This document shows positions 24,197 to 36,844 of a DNA stretch of 64,000 nt, piece after piece (within the stretch, counting starts at the first letter, position 1; the number at the start of each line of letters is the position of its first letter). The DNA lies in assembly GCF_036971445.1 (NCBI RefSeq), contig NC_091478.1, positions 14,322,001-14,386,000 of the forward strand. The letters are read 5' to 3'. The stretch comes from Narcine bancroftii. Lineage: Eukaryota. The position numbers and the translations under genes were made by a program. Under the pieces are notes generated by a model, which saw only the letters and a list, made by a program, of their open reading frames with translations, had not been told where the DNA came from and made no database searches.

Positions 24197-25214
24197 AATG
24201 TGTGGATGTATGCATTTTGAAATCTCCAGACAATGCCTAATTGGCAATATCAGATCTCAATGACAACATTTTTAGTTGGGTTGTTACTTGCAGATTCTTG
24301 CATTGTGGTTTATTTGTTTTTCTTCTTCTAACGAAGCTGCTTACTGCTTGAAATAATTTTTTAAATGTTCAAATATGGAAATGAAGCCAATTGCACTGGA
24401 ATGTAGTGTGTCATGGAATACAGGTTTGGTTATACCTGTCTTTGCCTCTATTAAATGCAATGGCATTTGTGCAGACCAAGATTTGATTATTGAATCTCAC
24501 TGGCTTTGATTGGGAATAGAAATTTATTTGCAAGAAAAAAGCTTTGGTAATCTAAAAGGTTCTTAACCAGAATAACCAGCCACTTGTAAATGACTGTTTT
24601 CTCTTGTATGCCTCCTAATCACACCTGCTTTTAAGAAATAAGAATAATGTAAATACTTGAAGGGAGACTTCAGAGTGTAAAGGCTAGGATTTGCTCAACC
24701 AGCCAAGAAGGGACTTGATTTAAATGGTGTGCACTTAACAAATTGGAGAAATAAAATGGAACTGAGCAGTATTAATGTTTACCATTCTCTGAAATGAACA
24801 AATAGTTTTCTAAAAACTCTTTAAGAATGCAGGTTTGGTTTGAGACTTTTATTCCAACCTGGCATCCTTGAGTTGAAACCACTTAGTTTTGACTTCTATG
24901 AACTAGATGAGATGAAAAGAAATGCTATGCCTTTTTAGTGATGGAGGTGGCTTAGTGTGGATAAACATAATAAATGCCCTGTGGAGCTTGCACAAAAGGC
25001 TTATGTAAGCATTGAAATTAAAACTTTTGGCAACTACTGTTTTGCTGTCAAATTTGTAACAACCTTTTCAAAATGTATGATGACTCAAAATTTATTGGTC
25101 TTTTGACAGGACGCTGCTTAAACAACTTGTCTATATTTGAATTTAGGAAATGTTCAAATTTAAATATACTTGATTAGACAAGAAAACCAATATCTTGGCA
25201 ATCTGAAAGGAAGA

Positions 25215-26420
25215 CAAAAAAGTGCTGGAAAAATTGGGTTGGAAGCATCAATGATTGGAGAATGGTGGAGGGTGTGTGAGGTGCCCCAGATGTAGGTGGG
25301 TAGGGACTGGACCAGAGGGGAACAAAACAGTCAAGGTAAGTGGAAACCAGTTTGGTGGGGTATGAACAGCAGACACAATGGGTCTGCCAGGACAATTGGG
25401 TTTGTGGATCTTGGGTAGGAGGTAGAAATGGATAGTGCGGGGTTGGGAAACAACAAGGTCGGAGGCCGTGCCAGGGAGGTGACTGGAAGTGATAAGCTCA
25501 GATGAAGAGTGATACAGTGGTTTGATGAATTTTGGTGGGGTCCTGTTGGAGGGGTAAGTCAGAGCAGGTGTCTGAAGAGTTCTCATCTGGCTTCAGCCAG
25601 ATAGAGGTTAGGACATTAGACCACAAAAGCACGACCCTGGTTTGATAGTGAGGTTTCGATTGGTGTGGAGAGGGCCAGGTGATCTGAGGAGGTGAGAATG
25701 GAATGAGTGAGGGGAGTAATGAAGTAGATACTGTTGATGTCAGGTGACAGAAGGCTGGAACAAGATGTTCAGGAGAAGGAAGAATGTTTAATACAGGAGA
25801 GGGGCTCTGTAGAAGAGGTGGAGAATCATGGTTGTGGATATATGCATGGAAATGGAGCCAATGGAAGAAGATTTCAGCATCATGGCATGCATGAAACTTG
25901 AGGTGTGGGTGAAGGGGATGAAGGTTAGCCCTCCACTGAGGACAGTAATTACAGAGGCTGTCCTGAGAGGGAAAAGTCTGAGGGGATGGTGAAGACCAGG
26001 CAGGGGTTGGGGGGGGGGGGGGTTCAATGAGGTGGAAAGTGTTGGAGAGGAAGAGGATGGAATGGATCAGGAGGTAGTGGGTAGGATGAGTCCAAGGTAT
26101 GGAGGGGAGAGTTGGGAAAGTCAGGGTGGAGAGGGGGATGCCCATGTACTCTTGGAGCCAGGGTGGGAGTTTGCGATGGAGGCTCAGTCCTGTAGGTCGC
26201 TGGGGCTGAGACAGACCTGCATCTGAAGCCCAGTCCTGTGAGCCAGCAGGTTCAGAGTGAAAGTATGTCGTCAAGCCCAAGGTAAAGACCCACGTCAGGA
26301 GCTCTGTCCTGTAGGTCACCGGGGCCAGAGTGGAGAGAGGTATGATAGGTAACAGTCTCCAAAGACATGAGCTTCTGATCCTTGATGGATGCCAAGGTGT
26401 GCATAGCAGCGATGACTGCA
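25215..26420 (-). mobile_element. Penelope-like element, 5'/RT N-terminal part, degenerate
   Basis: FYLLPKIHKPNCPGRPIVSA motif and VLSGGLTFIP segment, typical of the PLE RT N-terminus. Confidence 0.8.
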
Positions 26421-26879
26421 ATTTTGATGGGGATCTTGGTATCCTCACAAGCAACAGGTAAGGTTCCAGAGGACTGCACAGTCACCAATATTGTATGATT
26501 GTTCAAGACAAAAATAGGGATAATCCAAGAAATTATAGGTAAGTAAGCCTCACATCAGTAATAAAACTATTAAAGAGTCAGCAGTGGAAATTCCTATGCA
26601 TCATCTTCTCTCAAGATCTATCCTGGAGGGGGTCCCTATGTCAATGCAATCACAAAGGTGGCTTGTCAGTAGCTATACTTCATGAAGAGATTGGGATTTG
26701 GTATGTCAAAGGCTCCTGCAAATGTCTACAGGTGTAGAGTGGAGAGCATTCTGATTGGTTGGATTAGTCTGGTATGGAGGCACAGTACAGGAAGAGGCTC
26801 CAGAGAGTTGTGAACTCAGCCAGCACCATTATGGGCATTTATCTTCACCCCAAAATTATGGGAGGCATTGATGCCTTTT

Positions 26880-27170
26880 ATTTAGGTGCTGCCTGTAAGG
26901 AGTTTGTACGTTCTCCCTGTGTCTGCATAGGCTTCCTCTGGGTGCTCTGGTTTCCTCCCACTTTTCAAAAAAAACAGGGGTGTACGTCAATTGGTTTTAA
27001 GTGGGTAGCATAGGCTCATAGGTCAGAAGGGCCTGTTACTATGCCATATGCTCATAGGTCAGAGGGCCTGTTACTGTGCCATATGCCATATGCTCATAGG
27101 TCAGAGGGCCTGTTACTGTGCCATATGCTCATAGGTCAGAAGGGCCTGTTACTGTGCCATATGCCTCCAT
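26880..27170 (+). mobile_element. V-SINE-like element with tandemly amplified 3' tail
   Basis: gagtttgtacgttctccctgtgtctgc...ttcctcccac central domain, then about 4 copies of gctcataggtcaga(a)gggcctgttact(a/g)tgccatat. Confidence 0.7.
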
Positions 27171-28149
27171 TTTTATCTTTAAGTGAAAATGTGAAGAAAA
27201 GGATTCGAGTATAAGCAGCAAAATTTGCTTAAATTTGGCACAAGCAAAGGGCCTCCTCCTGTCCTGTGTATTATCTATGACTGTACTGTCCATTTCTATC
27301 CCAATCATCAATCACAAGCAGGAATACCCTGATACTCATTGGCTAAGCCTGTTCCTGCTCCACTTAAACTCCTCTTCTAACTGTGATTCTGTCTCCTGTG
27401 ATCTCATTCCCTTCCCACCTACACCGAGTACTTCAATAGTTTCCAAATGCCTGGACCACACCACCAAGGAAATGTTCTCCAGTGGTGACTTTCCTTATTC
27501 TGGATAGAACTGGTCTGATCATGGATTCAGGAAGGGCAGATCCTGTTTATTACAGGTGGAGGAAATAGCCAGGAAGGAGGTCAGACTGCAAGACCCTGCA
27601 GGGGATAGAGAAGTCAGCGAAAAAGATCATTGGGGGCTCTCTTCCTGCCACGAAGGACATCTATAACACTCGATGCAGGCGAAAGGCAATACATGTTGTG
27701 GAGGACTCCACACACCCACTATGTCGACTGATCTCCCTTCTGCCATCTGGTAGGAGGTACCATAGCTCTCGGGGGGCCCTTGTGAGCAGATTGGGTGACA
27801 GTTTCACACCCCCCCCCCCAAACCGTCTCCTGAACTCCCAGAACATTTGAGGATTGGGTGCAGTGGGCTTTTTTACGATGTTTAATTTCTATCCGAACTG
27901 ATATTTATGCCAATGTGGACCTGGAGAAACGCCATCTCATCTTTCCCATGTGAGCATTGGTAATAAACGATGAATAAAGGTAACTTGGTTGCCCACTTGG
28001 ATTTCCAGAAGGCATTCGATAAGGTGCCACACGAAAGACTGACCCGCAAGGAGGCTCCGCGTGGACCCAAGGCTGGTTTAACCCCAGCAGGCCAACAGGA
28101 AGGATATATGGTCGTTTCTCTGGTGAGCGATAGGGCGTTGGGGCTGGGC

Positions 28150-28720
28150 CCATGGACATTGACGGATCGGGTCAGGTGGGCCGCGATGGGCCCAACGGCC
28201 TACTTCTGTTCCGATCTCCTTCATCCTGGTGGTTCATGAAAGACGGAATGCGCCTCTACTGCTCTCCGCTGGGGACCGACCGAGGAGAGGAGGGAGAGGT
28301 TTGCATTCCCCCCCTCCCGGGACATTCTCCCCGCAGCGACGAGGAAGGAGGGCGACTTCCGTCTTTGGCCAAGAGTCCGACAAATCAGCTCCGAGCTCCA
28401 TTCGGGCTCTTCAGCGCGTCCTTGCCCGGGGTTGAGTGGGGGCTGCAGGGGCGGGACGGGGCCAGCCATTTCCTCCCCTCCACGGCCCGTCCAGTTCACC
28501 GGCGGCAGCGCTTCGCTCCGCGGGACGGCGGAGACTTCGGAAGCGACCTCGCTTGGTTTACATCGCGCCGCGCTGAAAGTGGCCGGGACACCCTGAGAAA
28601 GGCGCCGCTTCTCCGCCCTTCTCATCGGGAGGGATCGGCGTTCAGCCTCGCCGCGCTCTTTTCAGGTGCGGGAGATTTTTGTTCAACACTTTGTATGAGA
28701 GCAAGTCCCCTCGCCCGCCA
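28150..28720 (+). promoter_or_regulatory. CASP7: CpG island; probable CASP7 promoter and non-coding exon 1
   Basis: High GC and CpG content, GC box ggggcggg near 28448, candidate donor CAG|GTGCGG after 28665; upstream of the first CASP7 coding exon. Confidence 0.55.
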
Positions 28721-28758
28721 CCCCCAGGAGGGATTTCTTTCTTTGGAACCTTGGTTCC

Positions 28759-29443
28759 CTTTGCCCCCCCCTCCCCTCCTTTGCCCCCCCCTCCCCTCCT
28801 TTGGCCCCCCCTCCCCTCCTTTGGCCCCCCCCTCCCCTCCTTTGGCCCCCCCCTCCCCTCCTTTGGCCCCCCCCTCCCCTCCTTTGGCCCCCCCCTCCCC
28901 TCCTTTGGCCCCCCCCTCCCCTCCTTTGGCCCCCCCCTCCCCTCCTTTGGCCCCCCCTCCCCTCCTTTGCCCCCCCCTCCCCTCCTTTGCCCCCCCCTCC
29001 CCTCCTTTGGCCCCCCCCTCCCCTCCTTTGGCCCCCCCTCCCCTCCTTTGGCCCCCCCTCCCCTCCTTTGCCCCCCCCTCCCCTCCTTTGGCCCCCCCTC
29101 CCCTCCTTTGGCCCCCCCTCCCCTCCTTTGGCCCCCCCCTCCCCTCCTTTGGCCCCCCCCCTCCCCTCCTTTGGCCCCCCCCTCCCCTCCTTTGGCCCCC
29201 CCCTCCCCTCCTTTGGCCCCCCCCTCCCCTCCTTTGGCCCCCCCTCCCCTCCTTTGGCCCCCCCCTCCCCTCCTTTGGCCCCCCCTCCCCTCCTTTGCCC
29301 CCCCCTCCCCTCCTTTGGCCCCCCCCCTCCCCTCCTTTGGCCCCCCCCTCCCCTCCTTTGGCCCCCCCCTCCCCTCCTTTGGCCCCCCCCTCCCCTCCTT
29401 TGGCCCCCCCTCCCCTCCTTTGGCCCCCCCCTCCCCTCCTTTG
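28759..29443. repeat. C-rich minisatellite, ~20-22-bp unit (TTTG(G)C6-9TCCCCTCC), about 33 copies
   Basis: Directly visible; units differ mainly in C-run length. Confidence 0.95.
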
Positions 29444-32400
29444 TGGACAATGCCCAAATGTAGGGTTCCCCCCCCATAACTTTCTGCGTCCGGAATATGG
29501 CGCCATCTCATCTAGAACGGTTAAGTGAGTGAATGCTAAACTTAAAGCAGACACAATTCCGGTTTTGTGGTTACCTAAATGATTACATGATGTCCGGACA
29601 GATGGGAACGCGACCCCGGCGGGGCCAGCGATCTCTTGAGCCACGCTTCATTAGGTTAAGGGGCAAGGGTAGAAATGATTGGTCCACACTCCTGTCAATC
29701 ACACATGTGGGTCAGGAGAGTAGATGATCTTTTTATTTCCTCTACTGTCCAGACGAAGAAATCCCAGGGTTGTAAAATGACACAGGCAGATTCAAAGGGA
29801 TGGTTGTGGTTAACTTTAGGAACAGATTTAAGGACGCGGAAATATTTTAGGAAAGCTATTGCAAGTGGTGCCCCTGTGATCTCTACTTGGCAAATTGGAA
29901 AGGCTTAAAGATTTAAAATGTGCTTGAAGTGTAACAATTATTAATTCATAGCTTTTTATAACAAACAGCTGTGGGAAACATGAAAATGTTCAACATGACA
30001 AGGAGAAGGATCTCATATTGTTACGTTCCATTGATTTCACTTGCTTGGGATTCTCCAAAAATGTGCTAAATTGTGTAGATTGAAATTAATGGAAATACTT
30101 TCTACTTTGGTTTCAAATGTGACAGGTGTTCCCCTTAAAATCCACACGGTTGGGAAATACTCCTTGGAAGCCGTAAATAAACCTGGATTTACCCTAACGG
30201 TATGTAGAAGTACAGTTGGGAACAGCTACAAATATACAGAACAACAAAAGATATCTGTCTTGAATTCTTGAAGCAGTAGTTACTTTTTTGGCACAGTACA
30301 CATTTGGTACATAAATTATGTCATTGAATTATAAAATGAATATTTTAATGACATGTAGATGCTTTTTTTTCAATCGTTTTCTGACAGTGATTTATGTATA
30401 AAATGAAAATAACCTTTTACTATATATATCATTTTAATTTATCTGGGATGGAGCTGGTATTTTGACACACAAGTGATTAAGTTGCTTAAAGAGAAAATGT
30501 GTTTTGCGCTGCCTCAGTGTCAGTGATATAGATATTGGAGAGCAAACTTGACATATTGTTTGTGACACATTTCAGAATGTTTTGGCTATTACTTCCATAT
30601 ATCAATGATAAAATTGGCATTTTGTGATTTTTTTTTCCCTCCAACATAAGATTAATTGTTTCTAAACCATGCATGTATGTGTTACACTTCAATAATTGGC
30701 TACACCATGAATTTGAGAACTTTATTGTTAATTTTGCATTTTCATCACTTGGGCATCATCGGATCTATCAAGGTCTGCAAGTAGACATTGCATCAACATT
30801 TCCAGAAATGGAGATAAATGTACATTGAAGTTGTGAAAGTTGGACCTTGATTTGGTTGGTGCCGAAGAATGTGGTTGGTGCGTGGCATATTTTATGAATG
30901 TACTTTGTTTGTACATGTCCACTGTTGATAGCCATAAAGTTGTTATCAAATTGTACATCAGCAAGATTTTAATAAAACCCATTTATGAATATGAAGGTAT
31001 CTTCGGTATATTGAGAACTGTTTAAAAGAGTGAAATGAATCTTCAATCTATAAGCAGGCTTCAAAAATTAGCATCTTTTGCTACTAGCTTAATGAAACAC
31101 TGACCAACACAAATGGCATAGTAATATCCCAGATTCATAAGATAAATGCAGAAACAATTAGGTTTATCCAAAATTAAGTTAATTCACTGGGGAAAATGCC
31201 TGCAATGTCCTTGCTGTGACATCAATTCTTTAATAATTCAGGGTTTTTTTTTATTCCAGCCTACCTTGCAATCCATTCCATTAATAAGCAGAAAATTCTA
31301 TTGGACAATAAAATGCTCTTTTTTGGTTTGCTCCCCATTTCCTTAGCATATTCTCATAATTTTGTCTGCGAGACATTTTCAAATCACAATTTCCACACTG
31401 TTTACCTTCATATATACTGTATGTTTATTAGGTCATGATGTGTTTACTTTTTCAAATATCCAGTTCTTTCTCAGTGTCTTCCTTGGATAACGTTAGAAAT
31501 TGGTCTAGTTGTGTCTTTAGGAATTGGATTTAGAATTTGAATGCCTCAGCCAGAAATAGTCAAAGGTTCCTTTTATTGTCATGTAATAATAGATTAAAAT
31601 GTAATGTACATGAAATACTTCAATTTTTCTCTGTCATAAAGCACCCTGAAACAACAGGAAAAAGAGAAGCAAAAGAGAGAGTCCCTTCAGAGTCACGGAG
31701 TGTCCGTGGATTTTCCTCCACCACTCCCGCACCCTCTGCAGCTGCACTGACTCCAGTTCAAACCATCAGCGACCCGAGCTCCAGATCCAAACCTCCAATG
31801 TGTTCAGAAAGCCTTTAAGGCCCGAGGCTCTTTTCGGAGCATTTCTTGCCCTCAGGACCCTCTTGAATAGACCCACAGAAAACTACAGCACATAGAACAG
31901 GCCATTCAGCCTTTCTAATCTGTAACAAAACATCATTCTGCTAGTCCCTTTGCCAAGCACTTAGTCCATAACAGAGTCCAATTGTCCAAAAACATGAAAC
32001 TGTCCGTCCTGCTCCTTCTCTTTAGCGGCGTGTCTCTTTAGCGGCATATTTAGCTGCATTCACTTCCTATTTCTAACCTCATTAGCACATGGCAGTGGTA
32101 GCACTCCTGACATTGCAACCATGGAGGTCCTGTCCTTCAACTTTGCACTAAACTCTCTTTGCAGGACCTGCTCATCCTTCCTACCCAGGTCATTGGCCCC
32201 CACATGGACCATGACATCTGGCTGCTCATGTTCCCTCCTGAGAATACCAAGAACTCGATCTGAGATCCCAGTTCCAATATCTAGTTCCCATGATACAGTG
32301 TCCAGCAGCCCGCAATCTGTTTGGGTCCTTTAACCACAAGTCACCCACAACCTTTGTGAGATCTTTGATCGCAGGTTGCCAACAGCTTGCAACCTATGTG

Positions 32401-32671
32401 GGTCCTTCAGCTACTGAGCCTCTCGCTGGTCTGCTGCTGTGGTCACCATCCTGTAGATTCATCTCCTGTACTTCTCATTCTCATCAGGTGCCTTGTGCAG
32501 GTTCACTGCTTCTCTGGAGTCTTCTACCCTTCATAGTACGCTGCACAGTACAAGTGCCTCCATTTTGGGCACAGACTCTGTGGTTGCAGGATTTTTTTAA
32601 AATCACTGTCGGGTTCTTTAATAGACCATTTATAGCCTGTGCAGAGCAGTTAGCATCAAGACTGGGCAGTA

Positions 32672-35252
32672 CGAGGAGTCACGTGATGGAGTAGTGACTG
32701 GTAGGGGAATTCCAGCCCTCTCCAGAAAAGTTTCAAAAAAAGGTAGAGAAAAAACAAAGTCACTAACACAGAAACCACAACAAATTGAAAGTGAAAGTGT
32801 GGAGAAAATGGCAGCAAAGAAAGAAAAACCAAAAGCAACGGGAAGAAAAGAAGAAGGAAGGACGTCGGAAGAGGAAGGTGAAAGCCTTACCGGTACGAGG
32901 AAGCCCGCCGTGGAGAGAGAAGTGGAAACCCCGAACTCAGGACTACAAAGATGGCTCACGGAGCCAAACAAAAGTGTGCAACTGCGCATGCACGATGCAC
33001 AAGACAAAAACAACACTGACAGGAGGTGGGGATCAGCTGAGGAGTAAATCTCCACAGCCAAAACTGACAAGTATAACATGACAGCAACTCTCCAAACAAG
33101 AAAACATAGAAAATAATGGGAACAAGAAGGAAGAGAATAAAAATAGGAAATCAAAGAAACAACAGATGACCAACTCAGAGGAAGAAGACCAACACCAAGA
33201 CACTTTTAATAAAAATAAGAAGAACAAAAATACCCAACAAAATAAAATAAACAACCCAACAAGAAAACCAGAAGAGACAGAGGTAAAAGACACAGATCCT
33301 GGAGTGGACCCAGAAGAAGAGGAGGGAGAACACAGAGAAATGGAAGATGAAGGGAAGGGCAAGTACATGGATATATTTTTTTTTAAAGAATATACGGAAA
33401 CAGTAAAAGAATGGCAGACGCAAGAATTCATTGAAATAAAAAGAAGAATAAAAAGTACAGAAGAAAAAGTGAATAGATTAGAGATGATCATGACAGATAT
33501 AGGAAAAAGAGTGGACAAGGTGGAAGAACGAGAAACAGCCATAGAAATGGAAGTAGAGGACTTAAAAAAGAAATTAGAGGAATCTGATAAAAAAGTTAGA
33601 GTCACAGGAGCTGTTAGCTGGTTAGATATGTCTGATAGATATAATGGAAAATTATAATAAAAGAAATAATATAAAGATAGTGGGCCTTAAGGAAGATGAA
33701 GAAGGCAAAAATATGAAAGAATTTATAAAAGAATGGATCCCCAGGGTCCTAGGAAGACCAGAATTACAGGAAGAAATGGAAATAGAAAGGGCACACAGAA
33801 CATTAGCCTCAACCACAATCACAACAAAAACCAAGATCCATTCTAGTAAAATTCCTAAGATATACAACAAGAGAAAATATATTGGAGAAGGCAATTAAAA
33901 AAATAAAAGGAGACGAAAAATCACTGGAATACAAGGGTCAAAAAAATTTTTTCTATCCAGATATAAGTTTTGAACTCCTGAAGAGGAAGGAGTTTAATGC
34001 AGCAAAAACGACCCTATGGAAAAAAGGTTATAAATTTATGTTAGAATACCCAGTGGTACCAATCAAAACAGAACCTTTCCTTCAGAGAATGGGAGAGAAA
34101 AGGGATCAAAAGAATAGAAAATTGTTTTTCGGGAAATAAATTATTATCCTTTGAACAAATGAAGGATAAATGTAATATAACTCACGATACAATGTTTGCA
34201 TACCACAACTGAAAACCTACTTGAAGGACAAATTGGGAAACAGTCTGAGGTTACCAGAAGGAAGCAATTTTGAATATGTGATTACAGACACAATGATAAA
34301 TAAAAGATTTATAACAAACATGTACATCAAACTGCAAGAAAAGGAGAATGAGGAAACAAACGGTAAACCTAATCAAAAATGGGAACAAGATCTAAACATA
34401 AAGATAAAGAATGAAACATGGGAAAAGCTATGCTCCGGAACTATGAGAATTACAATAAACACGAGGTTACGCATGATACGATATAACTGGATACACAGGC
34501 TATGCATCACACCTCAAAAGTTAAATAAATGGGACCCAACAGTATTAGACATGTTTTCGCTGTAAAAAGGAAACGGGAACAACAATTCATGCAATTTGGA
34601 CATGTGAGAAAGTGAAAAAATTTTGGGAAGATCTAAACCAGATATTAAATAAAATCACAAAAAGCAATATACCAAAAAACCCAGAGATCTTCCTCCTAAG
34701 TAATATAAGAAATAAAGAATTTGGACTCGATTTGGATGGAGCACAAAAAAGATTTGTTGTGATAGCCCTAGCTGTAGCAAAAAAAATGTATTATGTCAAC
34801 CTGGAAATTAGAAGACAATTTGAGAATACAACAATGGTACATAGAAATAAATAATGTATTCCATTAGAAAAAATAACATATAATTTAAGAAATAACATCA
34901 CAATATTCAAACAAATATGGGAGCCATACATGAAATACAATAGAGAAATCCTACCATGGACTTCCACCACCTAAAATGACAGAAGGAGAAGACAACGAAA
35001 TGAACTGACTCTTTATATAAAAGTAAAGGACAAAAATTTCTTGCTTATTTTTATTAAGTGACGACATTGTTTAACGGGTTTAATGTATCTTATAGATTGA
35101 ACTTCAAATAAATGGGAAAGGGGGTGAGGGAGGGAGGGAAGGGAGGGGGAAAAAGGGGGAGAAAATGACACTATATATTCAAGAGAAAAAATGTATGTAT
35201 GTATCTTGGTCAATATGGTTTATAGTGTGAAAAATAAAAAAAAAATTTAAAA
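32672..35252 (+). mobile_element. L1/Tx1-like LINE with 5' UTR and ORF1, internally deleted (ORF1 joined to the ORF2 C-terminus)
   Basis: ORF1 coiled coil and RNNIKIVGLKEDEEGKNMKEFI...MEIERAHR, FFYPDISFELL; jump near 34050-34072 into the ORF2 3' part; 14-bp TSD aagactgggcagta at 32658-32671 and 35253-35266. Confidence 0.9.
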
Positions 35253-35619
35253 AAGACTGGGCAGTAGGACCCAGTGGATACAGTACATTGGACACTCTGA
35301 TGTGCAGACTAAACAAAACACCACATGTAATAAATTAGTAGTAAGTACAGTATGGATTTATGAAAAATTATGTTTCATATTATTCTTCTAGTTTGAATGT
35401 GCTCATTTTAACATTGTTAAAGAATGTTCATTGCCAGACAAGCATCAGGTCTGTTGGGCCACCAAGGTTTCATTCAACTCCATTCATAACATTACTTTTG
35501 TGGCCTTTTTTCCCTAAGGGTGTTGTTGTGAAATTCACTTTCTGTACAGCAGGGTCCAGTGTACCTTTGTCGACTCTGTGAATGGGCTTTACAGTTTGTC
35601 CTATTTACCTGTTCATTTC

Positions 35620-36340
35620 CTATTGGCCTATTATCTCTCACCCCCTTCCTTGATTTTTCTGTCTCCATCACAGGAGACAAACTATCCATGGGCATCTATG
35701 AAAATCCCTCAGATTCCCTCAGGTACCTGGATTATGCCTGTTCATGTTCTGTCTCTTACAAGGATGCAATCCCTTTCTTTCAATTCTTCCATTTCTACTG
35801 CTCTGTTCTTCCACTCAAGGACATTGGAAACTCCCTCTTAACATGAATTCGCCGCTACTGTCACTGATAAAGCCTGTGCCCATATCTCCTCCATTCCTGA
35901 TACAGTAAAATCCATGTAATCCCGAATTCAAGCATGTAATTCAAGCATTCAATCCATGTAATCCCGAATTCAGCATCAAGCAACTGGCAAAAAAAATCAC
36001 CACAAATAAATAGGTAAAAAAATACTAAAGTTTGAAATTGGCACTCCCCTGGTGGTTAGTTGGCCAATCACACAATGCGCAATCTCAAACAACCGGCAGA
36101 TTCACTTTTCCAGCATCTACCAATCCTCATTAGTGCCTGATATTTGGGTACTGTACTTTCACACTCACCCCACCACCAGCACATTATCTGCCAACTTCAG
36201 CGCAGTCCCATCATCTGCTACATTTACCCCTCCTCTACCTCTCTCCCCTCTTTTGCAGGGATCAGTCTCTCCAAGACTCTCTGGTCCACTCTTTCCTCCC
36301 CACCCACCCCCTTTGGCACTTCCCGCTGCAATCGCACTTG
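35620..36340 (+). mobile_element. Penelope-like RT fragment interrupted by a Tc1/mariner-type MITE (35903-36153)
   Basis: PFLDFSVSITGDKLS...YLDY...KDAIPF motif; the inserted MITE has CAGTA...TACTG ends flanked by TA. Confidence 0.65.
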
Positions 36341-36743
36341 TCAATCAACGTCTTTGAAACTCTATACAAGTAAGAAAGATGGAGAAATTGTCCCAGCTCT
36401 TCCTGTAAACATGCTCATGGATATTTGTTCATAATTAATCAGAAGGGGATCAGACAAAGTAAAATTTTTAGCATTATATGGAGGAATAAGCTATTGGGAG
36501 AGAAAATCTGGTCCAAATCTTCATTGTTCATAGCTTCTTGCTATAGCTGAATAAGCATTGCAGATCTAAATCAGTATTTTAATTGATAATGAATAAAACT
36601 GATATTTTCTGTTTGAATGTATATTTGAATCATTTGACATTTAGAAAATCAGTTAAATATTTTCACAATAATGCAGAAAAATAATAATTTTAAAGAAACT
36701 TAAAATTCAGATATGCTAAAACAAACTTTGTCATGAACCAGAT

Positions 36744-36844
36744 ATGGAGGAAAAGGAGATCGTCCACACTGCACAAATTACAGAACAGGATCAGGATGTT
36801 GTTGATGCCAAGCCCGATAGATCATCAAGATTTCTACGTTTCAG
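36744..36844 (+). CDS. CASP7: Caspase-7, first coding exon (propeptide)
   Basis: ccag|AT ATG: MEEKEIVHTAQITEQDQDVVDAKPDRSSRFLRF(S). DVVD|AKPDRSS matches human DSVD|AKPDRSS. Ends at a GC donor, AG|gcaagt. Confidence 0.88.

Noticed and set aside
27012-27165. CRISPR-like array of ~35-bp repeats
   Set aside because: No unique spacers, vertebrate context, and the unit derives from a SINE tail.
28152-29644. Long Pro-rich and Gly-rich ORFs (458, 340, 289 aa and others)
   Set aside because: Stop-free artefacts of the CpG island plus C-rich minisatellite, open in nearly all frames.
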